Assembly (NCBI RefSeq): GCF_006345805.1
Contig: NC_042998.1
Location: 172,174,001-172,238,000 of the forward strand
DNA: 64,000 nt
Source of the DNA: Octopus sinensis
Taxonomy: Eukaryota
Direction of reading: 5' to 3'
Under the pieces are notes generated by a model. The model did not search any database. It was not told the origin of the DNA and saw only the letters and a program-made list of their open reading frames with translations. The first letter of the stretch is position 1. Each line of letters opens with the position of its first letter. Of this stretch, positions 10,509 through 23,400 are shown piece by piece. Position numbers and translations under genes: made by a program.

Positions 10509-13193
10509 GTGAGTGGAGCCACTTATAACTGTAATGAATAGGTAGCTCAGTTGTCCATATAATTAGAACACTCCTCGTCGAAATCGACGAAGAGTCTATT
10601 TTATGGCGAATGCCTACACATACAAGGGCATCCGAACACTGCATATACATCAACACAAAGACACACACCATCACTGCACAATTCGGCAGACCAGGGAGCC
10701 TCTATGCTGCCTTCGATATGCTAGAAATAAAAGCTAAATATCATCTAAATCACAGCCCATCGCTATAAAATAGATGATGTCCGAGATTGTGTTTCGTTAC
10801 AGGTCTGGTCAGTCACAGTTCACTATAGGGCTAAACAACAATAGCTGCACGTGCAAGCTCTGCGTGGTCAAATGATGGTAGTTAATGTTTACAATCCGGA
10901 AACGTAAACAATGTCTTTGGTAATCGATTTTTTTCTATCAAGCTGACCCATAAAACGATACCTGTTTAAAATATGAATGAACACAATTGATGGGAGGGTC
11001 GGGGTCAAACAATCAGTGAAGGCCAAAGCAGAATGTTGCACTAATTACTTTCGTAAACTTAAATCCTGCCGGTGTCTACTTGATCTTTTGTTTCTTCAAA
11101 GTCGATAAAATGTTGGTCTTAAAAGGGTCCGTACAAAACTTTATGTTTACTAAAAATAAAAAAAAGCAATATTTCTTGTCTGAAAAGTCTCAAGCTTGTT
11201 CCTATGTAAACAAATACAAATAATACTTGAACAAAAGAGGGATATGCTTTTCATTACTTTCTTGATGTTGTTTTAAGTCATATTTTTGTAAGATTTGAAA
11301 CAAAATAATGTTGAAACAATTGTAAATAAATTAAAACAATCAAATGCAAAATCCCAAAGAGTTAAAATTACTTATTTTCTTGATAACCAATTCCAATTAT
11401 GCATTAAATTGTGACAATCAACAATTTTTAATTTAAAGAAAAGATAGAAAATACAACGAACGTCTACAAAACGAAAAATAAATGACATTGGAATATATTT
11501 CTCAAAGGCATTAACCAGGACCATTCAACTTAAGATATGCACAACGATGTTTTGTGTGTGTGTGTAGTGTATAAATAGATGTAGATATATATATATAATT
11601 TAATTTGATTTATTATAGGAATACGTTTGTTTTAATTACAACTTTCATACTGTCAATTTAAAACAAACACGAAAAGAAAACTGCGACATGTTCTTTAGTC
11701 CAAAACAGCATGTGCACGAATGAGCAACACCTCAATTTAGACCACTATCAATTGTAAAGTGTATGAACTAAACAAATGTAGGATTTCTTAAAATAGCTTC
11801 TGGTTGAGTAAAGTGCATTACTATTAAGTATTTTGAGAGCAGTAGGAGAGGACAGCCTTAGCGGAGAAGGACGGCAGTAAAAAGGAGTATATAGAAATGA
11901 AAATCTGAAGGAAATTTCTATACCTTGTTGTAAAGCGGTATCACTCTGTGTTGCAGGAGCGTGAGATATGATTTTCGATGAATGAAAATGGCACTTGAAA
12001 GAGGATAAGAAAATGTTTTCTTTTCTTGACAGAAGGATATTTCGAAGCGACAAGATGATTCCATTAGTGGCAGCCATAATAATGTAATTAGCGAGACCGT
12101 GAAAGCAGCAGCAGCAGCAGCTGAGCGAAGTTGTTTATTGAAAACGGAGAAGTTGTCTACCGTGGTTTTAAGTTGAAAAGCAGAGAAAAGAAAGAAAAAA
12201 AAAATCACACACACACACACATATATGTATATATATATATACATATATATTTATATACACTTTGAACGAAGTAAAAGTAAACTTTTCTTGAGAACCCGGA
12301 TGAAAACACGAAATTTATCATGATGTTTGTGAAACCGTGATAACGGATCTTTCCACTAAATTAAGTATACATTATTATCGAATAATGTTAAATATGATAT
12401 CAAATCCTATTTAGGTATAACAGTTTTATGTTTTAACACGACGAAGAAAAGGGAATAAGTCGTAAGACTTAACATTCTGGGTAAAACTTGTAAATTAACT
12501 AAATTAAGTCATCAGAATATTTCTTCACGTTAATTGTCATTATTTCCGATCTTTCTTCATAAATCTATTTGTTAAGTTTTCATATTATAACATGATATAG
12601 TTTATAGAAAAAGAAAAAAAATTATAAGTATAAATACTTCGTGTACGTTTGTCTCTAAATTCTCTCCCTTATTTCTTGCCGCTACCCAAATTTAATTTTC
12701 GAATTAGAACTTCTCATGTTATAAATTATAACTTCGATATTCAGTTCTAAGTTTTTGCCTCTTTTCCTCATTTAAACTCAGTTAATTGCAAAATAATTAT
12801 ATCTGCTAACCTTCATATATGTTACATCTATTTTTAGTTCGCATGTTATAAACGTTAATTACAGTCACATTGTAAATAAAAATGTATTAGGCGTCAGAAC
12901 TTTCGAATTAATTTTGTTACTTTTATTTTGTTTAGTTGGTCTTTAAAATATAAAAATGGACAAATTTTATTTATAAATACTTTATTGTATTACAAAAAAA
13001 TTAATTTTTTATGCCTAATCGTTGACATTAAATTAGTTGAACTTGCTTTGTATATGAACATTTTGTCTGACACTCCGAGAAATTTATTAAAATCATGAGT
13101 GATTAAGTGACTAACGTTTTAAATGATAGAATTCTATTAGAATGGTGTTAAATCCTTATTGAAAGTCAGGCTGGTCTTGACCTTCTAACTACA

Positions 13194-13364
13194 TACCCGA
13201 CGCCGGGCGGGTACATATAACACCTCATACTCCTTATTTCTCTCTCTTTCTCTCTCTGTATCTAGTTGTCCCCCCTCTCTCTCTCTTACACGTTCCCTGG
13301 ACAGCTTCCGACGTGAACTGGCGAGATTTCGCAAGAGACTTAACATTTTTTTGAGTTTGCTGCC
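13194..13364 (+). promoter_or_regulatory. Putative core promoter / 5' leader of the MYPT gene
   Basis: CpG-enriched relative to flanks. GC box GGGCGG at 13205-13210 lies inside a TACCCG/CGGGTA inverted repeat, followed by TATAA (13216-13220) and a long CT-rich tract. No ATG between the tract and 13365. Confidence 0.5.
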
Positions 13365-13610
13365 ATGGCGGATGATAATAAGGCAACTGCCTGTGCAAGA
13401 AGGAACCAACAATTGAAACGTTGGGCGGACTCTGATACAAATAGGGAATCGATTGGCGTTCGAGACCGACCTAAAAGAGTTAATTTTCAGGATGGTTGTG
13501 TCTTTTTAGCAGCATGTTCTAGTGGAGATAAAGACGAAGTGATAAAACTGTTGGCTCGAGGAGCAGATATTAACACCGCCAATGTGGATGGGCTTACCGC
13601 TCTACACCAG
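13365..13610 (+). CDS. PPP1R12A: First coding exon of myosin phosphatase targeting subunit (MYPT1/Mbs-type PP1 regulatory subunit 12)
   Basis: Starts at gccATGG (strong Kozak). 82 codons MADDNK...LTALHQ contain the MyPhoNE motif RNQQLKRW, the PP1-binding RVxF motif KRVNF, and VFLAACSSGD...RGADINTANVDGLTALHQ (start of the ankyrin repeats). Ends at phase-0 donor CAG|GTAAAC, matching the exon-1 boundary of vertebrate MYPT1 as I recall it. The A/B/C paralog label cannot be resolved for an invertebrate; the symbol denotes the orthologous family. Confidence 0.95.
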
Positions 13611-14408
13611 GTAAACCTTTCTGCTACTTTCTCTTTTACCTATTAAAGATATTTCTTTTTTGATCAGAATGTGAATAAATAAATACATATATATATTTCT
13701 ACACGCCTACTCAAAAGTTATATTAAAGTATTTGTGGCATTCATTGCTATCCAACAATTTAGTGAATGTATATATTTGTTATAAGTTTGTCAAAATACTT
13801 GTCTTCATCTCACAGAGCTCCTTGTACAACTCTGCGAGAGGGTCGTGTGAAAGCTTATATGTATATAGAAGTATATGTGTAAAACTATATCTATTTAGAT
13901 GTGTATATATTTCTTCGTCTGTACGGCCAAGTGTGTTTTAAGTATTGTATACAAGTTTATGTAGATGTGTCTATGGCAATATATCGAAGTATGTATATAC
14001 GATTATAACTATAAACAGGTGTACGGGTATGTGCATGGAGGATAGTATATATACGTTTATGGTTATATACTTGTCAGTGTATGTATGTGCAAATGTTTAT
14101 ACATGTGTTTGTTTGAAAGTTAGCATTAATAAAACAATTCTGTTGGAAGTGCTTTTCCATCCATCCAGAGTCTATAAACTAAGTACCAGTCATATACTTG
14201 GTGCGATTGAATCAACTACACACCCTTCCGCGAAAAACGAGGCGTTGTGCCAAATATAGAAATTATGGTGGATGACGGAATGGGTAGAGCACCGGACAAA
14301 ATAACATGCGGTATATAAGTGATAGCCATCACGTCATGGGTTCAAACCCCACCGGAGTCGGTGAAATTAACATTGTGGTCGATTTTTGCTTGTGTTCTCC
14401 CATCAGAA

Positions 14409-14461
14409 TGATTTTGTTCGAATATATTAAATCGCGACTAGCGTGTCATATACATACATAC

Positions 14462-14507
<46 letters not shown>

Positions 14508-14551
14508 GACACGCGTGTCGTGATTTAATATTTCTAACATTCGAACAAAAT

Positions 14552-14553
<2 letters not shown>
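14409..14553. repeat. Inverted repeat centred on a (TA)n tract
   Basis: Arms 14409-14452 and 14503-14553 are reverse complements with 3 mismatches and one 7-bp indel. Confidence 0.9.
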
Positions 14554-14589
<36 letters not shown>

Positions 14590-17500
14590 GATCTTTATTT
14601 TTCCTCTTTGCTGTTTTTTAATATTTGATTTACATGTCAATTTAATTATTTCTTAATTGTTAATACAGTTGCGCGTTATATGTTAAAATGCGTATGTGTG
14701 TTAATATGTTGGGTTGTGTGAGGCAACGGATATTTAGTTTTAAAGTGTTTTGTCTACTGTTGCGTGTGCTTGCGTGCGAAAATGTTAAGAAGGAACGATG
14801 AGATAATATGTTTCATCCGATAGGCTCTTAATGGCTGACGAACTCTTACATCTTTGTAATATATGTGTGTGTTGCTTGCTTACTAAATTAGTTTTGTCCG
14901 TCTGGTCTTAAACGGCATAGAGCTTGTTTGTTTCTCTGAACTCTTGAAAATATCGCTGTGGAAGTAGTTCTGCAATGTATGTGTGTGTGTGTGTATATAT
15001 ATATGTATACACACACACACATAAATTGTTTTTAAATCTTTGAGACTTTTCTGAATGATAGACATTTCTATTATTAGTTTTGTATTTCCGTTTTTTTTTT
15101 GGTAATTTTTATTTTGTTCTAGTTAAAAATTGTACAATATGCCTGAAAAAGAGATTTTTGTGATTAAAAAAAAAAAAATTTCCTCATCTGTTCTGAGTCA
15201 GAGCAGTTTTTTTTTTTTTAAATTTCAAAATCGGTGTATTTTCTGATATATCTAATTTCATCGCCAAACTACACCAGCATTCAATGTTTTAATCTGCAAG
15301 GAAGTGTGTTATTTTCTTCCATTGTTAAATTCATTTTAGATTTAATTTACATAACCAAAGAATCGTATCTATGACATTCCATCGATGTTACTGATCTGGG
15401 GATGTCGTGGGTAAAAAATAAATAAATAAAAACTTGTTTTTACTTTTCTTCAGCTGTGTGTCAAAATTTTTACTTAAACATCAAATGTCTTGCAATCTGC
15501 GCACGATCATAAGTTTATTGATGTGTTACAATATCTATATACTTCATATTCCATTTATAAGTATGTGTTGTCACTAATTTTCACTTTTGCCTATATTTTT
15601 TGTAGTGTTACGGCGAACATTGCTCCATGTCAAGTTGTACTCTACGTTGACCAATAGTATTGCCTATTTAATTGTCAAGTATCTTTCTGTAGAGTATAAC
15701 GGACCAAATTTAAGTAATTTTAATTTTGTTTACAGTTTTGACCCATCCTCCAGTTCATGGCTAAACGTGTCTCTTGTGTATTTTTGAAGTTGTTCAGGAA
15801 CTTGGCATTTATGAGAATAGCTTTTAGGATGAGCTCTCGTGTGCTTCTAAAATTAAAGAAATTCGATTAGTTCGTTTGTTTTTAAGTATTCTAAAAATTT
15901 GTACGTACTCGTGCGTGCGTACCATTATTTTATAAATTGTTTAAGAACTTTGTGCTATTTATGAGAATATACATTCAGTTAAAATAACAAAACAAAACAT
16001 TATCTTCGCTTTTGTCTGCTATATTGATGAAATCAGTGTTTTAAATATTTATTTCTGAGTGTTCAGGAATTATATTTGAAAGTCGATACTGATCATTTTA
16101 GTCTGTTCCAGTTATGATTTAGACTGTTTCTGAATACTCAGTATATTTTTAAGCTGCTATAAATATCATTAGCAAATAGTTCCGGTTTATATTCCCCATT
16201 GGAACTATTTCTTCAAATACTCTGGTTGGGTAAAAAGCATGAATGCCCTGACTTCCCATTAACTCCACCCAAATCTTAGACTTCTAGAAACAGTTACAAT
16301 TTTTGCTTATGAGAAATCCTTGAACTTCATTTTAATGAATTTTGTATTTCAAAGATTTTTCTGTTTTTTGGAAACTTAAAATTATTTGAATAGTTTAAAA
16401 TGTTCCTCAAAATATAATTCTCCGTTTATTTGGAGCAAAGTTTTGCACTACTAGATTTCTGATTGTAATCATTTCGGTTAGTCCAGTTTCCCTGATGCCC
16501 TTGGGGAAGTTTTGAGCTCTATAGTACACTACTTTTCCTTCTATTAACAACCAAGTGTTTGTGCTCATTTTATGAGGGATTTCATATTCCAGTTCCTACA
16601 CAACTAAAAGCATTGTGTGATGATGATGATGATAGCAACAATAATAATCTTAAATACATTCCCTCTTTTTAACCTAACACCCAACTCAAAAACATTGTTT
16701 TAATCAATTCATAATTCAAGTTTTAAAAATGATTTCATTTTAAATGTATAGTATTTTTTTTTATCAGCGCTGTTTTAATATATTGAATTGATTGTTACGA
16801 TTGATTATTGAATGCTTGCCTACTGAACTTTTATTGTTTATATAAGAAATGACATATAGTTTCCGCTAGTTTACACACACAGTAACTGTTAATGTTTATG
16901 GCCTGTTTTACAGAATAGCCTGGCTGTGAGTGTTACATCAGCAGCTATACAAGGTGCGTGTGTTAGTGCGTACCGCACACCACACTATGGTCTATGAGTC
17001 AGACTGTCTTCCTAATAATATTAATATTTCTGTATCATATATACAGAAACCATAAAGCTCTCTTGGATATCTTTCTCCACATATACATAGTAAATGTGGG
17101 TTTTTTTTTTATTAATAAAGAACAAAAACACAATCACCCCCCCCTCCAAAAAAAAAACCCAGCCTAACATCAACTAGATAAGATATAATTTATGCTGGGA
17201 AATGAATACTGTTAAATTAGGTTTTTTCCTAGAAAAGCCCATGGGCGAAACTTCCCTATAACTATATTTTACAACCTCACGAACTAATACATCCATGGTC
17301 GGTTTTTTTTATAGCTATAGCATCTTGATAAACTATGATTATTCAGCTCTATTTATCTGAATAATTTTTTGCTTCCTCTTTCATCTGATATTTGCCATTC
17401 CCCAAGAGAAAACTTTTAAGATTTATTCGATTACTCAATTTCTTTTTAAATTATTGAAAATGTTTCTGTTCCTCACTTAATTCATGTTTGTTAAACACAG

Positions 17501-17957
17501 TTGTAAATATTACTGCAAGTACTTTATGTTCTCTGAGAAGAATCATTAAATGTTTTTTTTTTTCTTGTGGAAAAAAAAACTTCGATATTTTAATTTATAT
17601 CTTTGTTGTCGTCTTCAAATAAGAAAAATATAGTTATAATTTTTAATATATTTCTTGGTGTTACAAGATAAAAGCTTTTCTTTTTTGCTTTTTTAGGAGG
17701 TAAAAAAGGTGGGAGAATTCCATTAAGTCTAAAGTGAACGTTTCTGTTTTTATTTTTACCAACCGAAACGTGTGGTTTTAGATGGAATAAATCAACTTTC
17801 TCCACATAATTACTTGAGATTTTCATTTATAAACAGGGCATAAATTTTGTATTAAAAATTAACCTTGGAATTGAAGTTACCTTTTATGATTAGATTTTAG
17901 ATATGTTCATAACATGGTTATAAATACTGAAAATGAGATACAGTTGTACATTATACT

Positions 17958-18273
17958 GCATGGCCGAGTGGTTACAGAGTTCATTTAGCAATAAGATCTT
18001 GGGTTTGATCCACCGAGAGGTATCTTGGGTAAAGTGTCTTTTGCTGTGCTTTCAGATTGACTTATGCTTTCCTTGTGAGTGAAAAATAGGGAGCTATAAA
18101 CTGCACTGAATCCTGTCAGATAAATTGTGCTCTTAGTTCACAAGTGCAGCTTTGTTACATTGGGTGTCATGCTGATTGTACTGTTAAAGAGTGCATGTCT
18201 CTGTGGAATGTTCAGTCAGTCAGTCATATGCTAATTCAATGAGCAGGTAGTTGATCGAACAACTAAATACACT
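17958..18273 (+). mobile_element. Old tRNA-derived SINE
   Basis: A box TGGCCGAGTGG, B box-like GGTTTGATCC, then CORE-like ttgggtaaagtgtctttt. Confidence 0.6.
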
Positions 18274-19891
18274 TAGAAACTGGGGATCCATTTAGTCATT
18301 ACTGAATTTAGTTTGGTCTTTCTGTTGGTCATGAATCCTGTTCTTAACAGGATTAATTTCATCTTCCATTAGAAGATTTATAAATACCAGTAATATCCTG
18401 CAATTATTCAATTATGACCATTTCTTACAGTTGGTACAGTACCTATGAGCATAATTGAACATTGATAGTTTGAATTTATAATCACTATTTGCGTTGTTAT
18501 AATAAGTTCATATGTTTATGAGCTCTATTATGATGGATGTCAGTTTTGTAAATTACTTGACTGTTGCATTTTACTGGTTTTTGGAAATGAGTACAAGCAA
18601 ACAAGGTTTTATACCATAACCAGATAATAGCTGCCACTATTTTAAAGATTCTTGGAATAGCTTTAGTGAAGAATATTTATGAAAATCAAAAGGATTGAAA
18701 TAAAAAAAGAAAAAAACCGCCTGTGATTTTAATTTTGTGTGCTAGCTTATAAGTGCTTTTCCTTCACACTTCTCTCATAAGCCCCTTCCTTAGTATGTTT
18801 ATGTAATTCTATAAGTCTTTTGTATTGTTAATCTTCTGTAATTATCTTCAGGGTAGGGCCTCCATTGCTTGCTGTTTATCATTTAGTCTGCACTAGAGCT
18901 AAGATTTATTTATTTATTTTTGTAACAGGATGTTTATAGCTTCTGTAATAAATAACATTTTTATGGGAGCAGCCCCCAAATACGGGGCTGCCTATTGGGC
19001 ATCTAGCTAAGTTTTCTTAATGTCAAGTATCCTGTCCTAATGCCAACAGCTGCCTAGGCAACTGTAACTTAACTGGCTTTACTTTACCATTTTGGCAAGG
19101 TGGTTTGAAGGTGGGCTGACATTGTAAATGTATGAGGATATTTCCAATTTGGCAAAACTACCATTTTTAACTATAAAAAAAAAAAAAGTTGTAATGTCTA
19201 TATTTTCTTAACTGGATACCAGCAACTTGAAATGGCTATCAATATCAAGTGCAAAAAAAAAATGATAATGCTGTGCTTAATTTTACTAAAAACCACGAAA
19301 GTATTATTCTTTTTTTCTTGACGTATGGCATCATAAGGTGGATTTAGTGTAGTAAGTAGTCCATCTCAGACTATTATTAGTAATGCTTATTTTTAACAGT
19401 CCAGAAGGATGATAAAAGAAAGCTTGAAATTAGGAAAACATTATTTGATAGCTTATCCATAACAGTATCAACTTCATCATCATTGCTTTAATGTTCACTT
19501 TCCCATGCTTGCATGGGTCAGATGGAATTTGTTGAGGCATGTTTTCTACCTCCATATGCTGGTCCTGTTTCCAAGCAAGTTAATATTTCTCAATAGCCTG
19601 ACATGTTTCATGGCAGACTGGAATCAAATGAAACAGCTTGTATGATGACACTTATTTTCAACTCTCATATGGTGTCAAGACAATCACATACATACACACA
19701 CACACACAACACATGCATGCATATTAGTGTGTGTATGAGCATTTTGAATATTGTTGATGATTCCGATTGCCTGTGGTTTTCTCATCTGCTCTTGTTACAT
19801 GCACATTCTATTATCTAGTACTTTTGTACATGTATAATATATATATATGTTCAAAATCATTACAACATATATATATACTTACATACTTGAA

Positions 19892-20444
19892 TATGTTTCT
19901 ATACTTAATGTAAGTTAAATTTTAGCAAGCCAATCCATTTTACTTGTGTGATGGAGAAACTTTTTCTTTCTTCACTATTTCAGAGCATAAATAATGAAAC
20001 TAAATTTTAGTGTTACTAAGTATGAAATAGCTTCTTCCTCTCACAGAGAAGCAAAATGTTTTGAGGGAATGGGACTTAGTTGATACTATTGACTTCAGTA
20101 CTTGACTGTACTATATTTTATTGATACAAAAAGGATGAACAGCAAAGTTGGCTGTGACAGGATTTGAACTTACAATGTATAAAATTTGAACAAATACCAG
20201 ATTCTTTTTTGATTCTCTAACAATTGTCAGCTTGCCAAAATGGTTGGATTAATTAGAATAACATTTAAACCAATTATATCCAACCCAAATATTTTACTTG
20301 TTCAATAGCCAGATTTGGCCTCGTACACCTACCCTACAATATCATTCTAAAAATAAATATTCACATCATAGAAATCATGAAGCTACAAGATAATGCATAA
20401 TTAATTGAAAGCAGTGTTAATAAATAAGTATTACATTTGATGGA
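19892..20444 (+). repeat. Old intronic duplication, copy 1
   Basis: Colinear with 24912-25501 across unique sequence plus nested SINE and MITE fragments. Confidence 0.85.
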
Positions 20445-23400
20445 ATCCCATGCCAAAACAGACAATGGGACCTGGTCTGGTTCCCAGTCTTGCTAGCTCC
20501 TGTCAAACCATCTAATCCATGGAAAACGGGCATTAAATGATGGTAGTGTACAATGTGAGGAATATTTGATAACAGTTCATACAAGTTCGTGTTGAACTCA
20601 GAATGCAAAGAGCTTTACCAAATGCTGCAGGGCACTTGTCTGCTTTCATGACTGTCAGTCTACCTTAATAGTAATTCTTTTTGCTATAGAACCAAAGCCT
20701 GAAATTTCGGGGAAAGTTGGTGCTAGTTGATGACATTGACCATGGTGCTCAAGTAACATTTATTTTAACGACCCTGAAAGGATAAAAACAAAATAAACCT
20801 TGGAGGAGTTTGAATTTGGAATGTGAGTCCAAATGCAGCTAATCATTTTGTCTAATCTGCTGGTAGGGCCCGATTGAGGTTATTGTTCCTAGATATTTTT
20901 TCTGGTGGTGCAGTGATTCTGCTCACTCTTCATCCTTTAATTTTTTCTTATTAAGCAGTTGTGAGTAGAGGGCTTAATTGATTATGGTAGGCACTGTAAC
21001 TTTCATCACTTGTGTCAATTTCAGACCTAATGTTAAAAATAAAAAAAGAAAGACACTTGCAGTGTCTTCAAGTAGAGTTCTGACTGCTTAAACAACTTGG
21101 TATGTGATTTTTTTTCCTTCTCTAGTGCTTCTCCTTTATTCTTGTAGTAGTTGACAGTACTGCTAAGCTATTTATTCAGATAACAACTTCCTGCCCTGGA
21201 TTACTATAGCAAGTAACTAGTTAGTACCTACAAACCTTTTTTGTCATTTCAACACCTATCCTTAATGTACTGCTGAGTTTTCATGTTGTCCTGACCTTGT
21301 TTATCACACAAGACAGGGTTCAGGTCAGACTCTTCAATGTCCTTGTTTATCTTTCCTAATGACACTGTCATGAAAATCATAAATATTAAACATCCTTGTC
21401 TTTAATGACCTCCTAATTAAAAGGAATGTAGTTGCAATTCAGAATGTCATACTTCTTATCCCCAAGTTGCAAAACATTAGTAAATCCTTTCTTCTTTCCC
21501 TCTTTTTTTGGTTATGTGGAGACATTGTGTTGGTTCTTAGCTAACTTCTTGATAACAATTATCTTTGTTCAGGATTATTTCTGGTTTCAATGTTAGAATT
21601 GATCAGGTGTATTTGCAGCAGTTCAGTGTTGTAACTTGAGCTTTTTTATCAGAACTTTATAGCTTTCTTACTTTGTACCAGTTGGAAGTTGTATCTTACA
21701 GAGAAGCTTAAATCCTCCTCGTTGTTCTCCCTATTTATCTTATCTTGTCTCTGTTCAGAACTCCCAAAGTACATTGGATGTAGGCACATTTCACATCAGA
21801 TAGAAAACTTGATACCCCCCAATCATTTACCTGTTTCTGTATGTATACAATGAAGTGTCTTCGCTTCTCAGGTGATGATGATCATCTGGCTGTTTGGTTT
21901 TTTGATTTCATGTTGCCGACAAAGAGTTCATATGTCAAAGAATGCCAGGAATATTCTTTGGTGTTTTGTATGCCATTGCCTAATTTCCACCCTCTAGTGC
22001 ATCCTGGTGTTTCCGATTGTGATTGAAAATGATTTGTCATCTAATATTGTCTTTATCTGCAAAGATATCACAGAAGTCAGTTTTCTCATTTAATTGAGGG
22101 AAGTAGAATTAACAAATGTTGCCATATTGCCTATCGCTAATCTGAGTTTTGATATCCTAGCTCTCTGTTATGTCTACCAAATTCTGTTATGAATTTCGTT
22201 GTATAGTTATCTTTTCAAAGTTCTTGTCTTCACCCATTTTCTTACATTTTCTTATGCATTCTATATGTGAATAAAAGTACAATAGATCATTTAGGTAATA
22301 ACACTAGAGTTCATGGTTGAATGTTCTCTAGAACTTTCAGTTTAGTTTTCATTGCAGAATTTGTGAAAGTTTTAAAAAAAGTAAGTTTCTGTCTTGGAAG
22401 AATAGTCTAAAAACCTGAATGGAAAAATAGTCTAAAGACCTGAAAGACAGTCTGTCTAAAACTAAAGCCCAGAAAAACAGGTCAACATTTAGGCTAGGAA
22501 TTTAATATGGTTGCCCAATACTAGCAATGGGTACACTAGAAGTAATGATATATCAAAGTACTGGAACTTTTGGTGTACCAAAGAAAAAGTAGTAAGGATA
22601 CTTCTGAAATAAAATCAATGGGTGCTTGTCTATGTGTAATAGAAGCATCTTTTTTTTTTTCTATGAAGTTCTGGGGATGTATTAAAATTCAAACAACAAT
22701 GTAGACATGTTGTTTTGTCATTGTCAAATCCTACATTTTTATGGGAGACAGCTAAAAGAAAGATAAATACATACTGTATGTATTATGCTTCAGTTGTATG
22801 GCTTTGATTTTCAACTTTGCCTGTAACAAGTTAAACAGCTAAGAGTTTTCTCTAGATGAAAGACATTTTTTTTTTAATCCTAAAACTACATTATTCTAAG
22901 TTTCAAGTTGGGATGTGATTTGAGAGGGAGTTTATTGCTATTTCTAACATGTTTTGAGTGACTGATTTGAAGTAACCTCATTAGCTTGTGAGAGTGGACA
23001 TTTTTAAGGGAGTTGTTACTTCTGGTCACCTCGTGCAAGCTGCATGAAATATATGAAGTGTTATAATTGGACAATGTATGATTGAAATAATGGAAACTTG
23101 TGAGAAAAGGAATCTAATCTTACATGTGCAAAATTGTTGTTTGGTCCCAGCTCTACTTTGCTTGAGCAGATTTATAAGAAGTACTCTGGCTATGAATATC
23201 TCCTATTTTATCCAAGCAGTCTCTTGTCTCTAAGGTAAAAATTATTAAGATGATGGATATTTGGCTGCTATTTTTAAGAGGTTGAGCAGCCACATAAAGC
23301 TTCCCTGTTAGCTTGTGCAATGTCTATATGAATGGTTAAATGCAGTAAGTTGAAAGATCAGCTGAGAATTAGTCTTTAACTAATGTTTACAGTCGAAATG

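Noticed and set aside
11748-12077. 109-aa minus-strand ORF (MAATNG...) as a divergent gene
   Set aside because: No recognisable domain or clear splice structure. Kept only as part of the possible upstream regulatory island.
21230-21830. Possible very old LINE RT remnant on the minus strand (also ~480-780 and ~44720-45120)
   Set aside because: Only isolated motif-like scraps such as LRQGC. Too decayed to call without a search.
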